This document shows, piece by piece, positions 62,141-64,000 of a stretch of DNA of 64,000 nt. A program made the translations under genes and the position numbers. The notes beneath the pieces are model-generated. The model was not told the origin of the DNA. It saw only the letters and a list, made by a program, of their open reading frames with translations, and ran no database searches. The stretch comes from a bacterium. GTDB lineage: Bacteria; UBA10199; 2-02-FULL-44-16; JAAZCA01. The stretch is from the NCBI GenBank assembly GCA_963674695.2, contig CAXXGI010000001.1:96001-160000 (forward strand), written 5' to 3'. Numbering within the stretch: position 1 is the stretch's first letter; each line of letters starts with the position of its first letter.

Positions 62141-63538
62141 CTAAAATAGCACCAGGTCCTCATACGGAAAGGCCGATGTATTGAGAACCGTCAGGCGATT
62201 TCCATCGGTCGTGTCGATCGTACCGATGACATAGGTGTTGTCCGAAAAACGCAGGCCATCGAAGTAGATCAGCCCCGACTGCGCATAGTCGAAGTGATAG
62301 ACCTCGATGTCGTTTGCACCGAGGAGGTCGATCTCCTCAGCCGTACTCGGCGTGAAGAGCACGAATCGGTTCGCAAGCGCCTGATCGTATCCAGCAATGA
62401 GCAGCTGATCGAGAATATTGCGCACCAGCGTCGGGCGATAGACCGATGTGTCGATCGGCTTCACATCCGGATAGTACTGCCACACCGATGTCATATCAGG
62501 ATATCCGACGATGGTGTACACCGCACCGGAGGGCACGCGCATGACCTGCTCGACCCAACTTCCTTGGGACAGGCAAAAACCATAATGCAGGTCCCACGCA
62601 TCGCCCTCACAGGAATCCTGTTCATTATCACCGACGTCGTAAACAACGCCATATCCCTCAACATTATCGGCCCCGATGAAGATATCCGAATAGAATCCAT
62701 TACCATCAATCCGATAGACACCGCGTTCATTGATCTGTTGAACAGAAACAAAGACATCTTCGCCAAGCTCGACAAGCTCACCCATCTCCCAACCGAGATT
62801 GATATTCGCCAAACCGGCATTACGATCGAAACGGCGCAAAAACTGGGAACCAGTGGAAACCGTCCTGCCATAAAGATACACCGTACCATCGCCACCGACC
62901 AAAAACCGATCCAAATCGATATTGTCATTGAGCAACTCTTCGTTCCCGCTCTCAATAGACCAGCGGCGCAAAACGGCTTTTCCACTCCCGTCAATCCCCG
63001 CGTAATAAACGCCCCCGTCCGAATCATATTGAATCCAATCGTTCACACCGTTCTCACAACTGACGCTTGCGAGATCCCGATCGATACAGACAAAGGTACT
63101 ATCCTGACCCACGCGAAGAAGGATACAGGGCCCATCACCATCATCGATCGGACTGGCCAGAACAATAAAGACGGAGCCATCCGATGCAATCATCAAATCA
63201 CTGATGGAGAGCGAATCGTCGAACTCAACAAATTCATCGATCGCGCCATCCGTAAGGAGCTTCCCATATCGCGTTTGAAACGCCCGCCCCTCCTTCGAAA
63301 CGCTTTGCGCTCCCAGTTCTGGCGACAACCGAACAAACCCAACCGCACCATCCAAAGTAAACTGCAACCCCTTCTGAACCGTCTCTTCCTCTGTTTGATT
63401 TGTCTCTTCCTCTGTTTGATTTGTCTCTTCCTCCGCAACACTTTCATCTGCCGCTTCCCCCGCAGGATCACCACCCGGCGCGCCACCACCACATCCGACG
63501 ATCAGTAAACAGGCAAGAATGATATACGCCTTTTTCAT
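62141..63538 (-). CDS. Acidic lipoprotein, probable beta-propeller
   Basis: Lipobox LIVGC, GGAGG RBS, repeated DG-x-VY/VF blades, and a 21-bp repeat (EEETNQT) at 63381-63433. Confidence 0.75.
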   Translation of the reverse strand: MKKAYIILACLLIVGCGGGAPGGDPAGEAADESVAEEETNQTEEETNQTEEETVQKGLQFTLDGAVGFVRLSPELGAQSVSKEGRAFQTRYGKLLTDGAIDEFVEFDDSLSISDLMIASDGSVFIVLASPIDDGDGPCILLRVGQDSTFVCIDRDLASVSCENGVNDWIQYDSDGGVYYAGIDGSGKAVLRRWSIESGNEELLNDNIDLDRFLVGGDGTVYLYGRTVSTGSQFLRRFDRNAGLANINLGWEMGELVELGEDVFVSVQQINERGVYRIDGNGFYSDIFIGADNVEGYGVVYDVGDNEQDSCEGDAWDLHYGFCLSQGSWVEQVMRVPSGAVYTIVGYPDMTSVWQYYPDVKPIDTSVYRPTLVRNILDQLLIAGYDQALANRFVLFTPSTAEEIDLLGANDIEVYHFDYAQSGLIYFDGLRFSDNTYVIGTIDTTDGNRLTVLNTSAFPYEDLVLF

Positions 63539-63562
63539 AACACCTCCTCTTGTATAAACCCA

Positions 63563-64000
63563 TTATTGAGCGATGACGATAAAGTCGAAGCAGGCGCTCG
63601 CTCCGGAAGAAACATAGGTATAACCACCGGCAGTCTTATCGAGAATCTGATAGATCATGTTTCCGCTATTCGGCGTCTGTTCAAACAGCGGTGTCACGAC
63701 CAGCGCATAGTGTTCATGGGGCATAGCCACACCGAAGGTCACCCGAACACTGTTGACGCCGTTGGCGGCGACCGAAAAGTTCCCGCCGCCATTCTTCATT
63801 GAAGCACACACGCTCCCCCAAGCATTGGCATGAAACTGCGGGAGTTCCGGCGGATTCAGGGCGGGGTCCATTCCATTGATGCGCTGATTGATAGCATCGT
63901 CCGCCAGCCGTCGCGCCTCTGCCTCCGCATCGATCGCCGCCTGCAACGCCGTATCCGCACTCGCGCGCAATGCCGCCTCACCATCGATATTCGTTTGAAG
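63563..64000 (-). CDS. 3' end of a fibre-like protein (coiled coil plus tail-fibre-like tip), truncated by the window edge
   Basis: EAALRASADTALQAAIDAEAEARRLADDAI repeats followed by a short beta-rich C-terminal domain. Confidence 0.55.
   Translation of the reverse strand, partial: LQTNIDGEAALRASADTALQAAIDAEAEARRLADDAINQRINGMDPALNPPELPQFHANAWGSVCASMKNGGGNFSVAANGVNSVRVTFGVAMPHEHYALVVTPLFEQTPNSGNMIYQILDKTAGGYTYVSSGASACFDFIVIAQ

Overview
High-GC bacterial chromosomal window, probably from a deltaproteobacterial-grade organism (inference). Core genes include typA, aclA/aclB, aconitase, birA, oadGAB, bioY, secA, an M23 peptidase, a PP2C phosphatase, pmbA, recN, rarA, a menA-like gene, uppP, tRNA-Asp and tRNA-Val. 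Main accessory features: (1) An ~11.3-kb phage-satellite-like element (5215-16527) bounded by a 26-bp tRNA(CAT) repeat where neither copy is a whole tRNA. It carries a tyrosine integrase, an excisionase, HTH genes, a serine recombinase, a type I R-M system and a small-terminase-like gene. (2) A ~238-bp structured repeat with compensatory changes (two full copies, one partial) that brackets a higBA toxin-antitoxin pair and punctuates the following accessory genes. (3) A lone type III secretion export-gate gene (sctV) next to FHA, TPR and PEGA proteins. (4) An aconitase/ATP-citrate lyase operon divergent from a Na+-pumping oxaloacetate decarboxylase. (5) Several small repeat families: heptamer arrays, TGTCAT-tagged REP-like doublets and a conserved GCGA/GGGA hairpin. 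All calls come from reading motifs by eye; no database searches were run, and start codons are best estimates.
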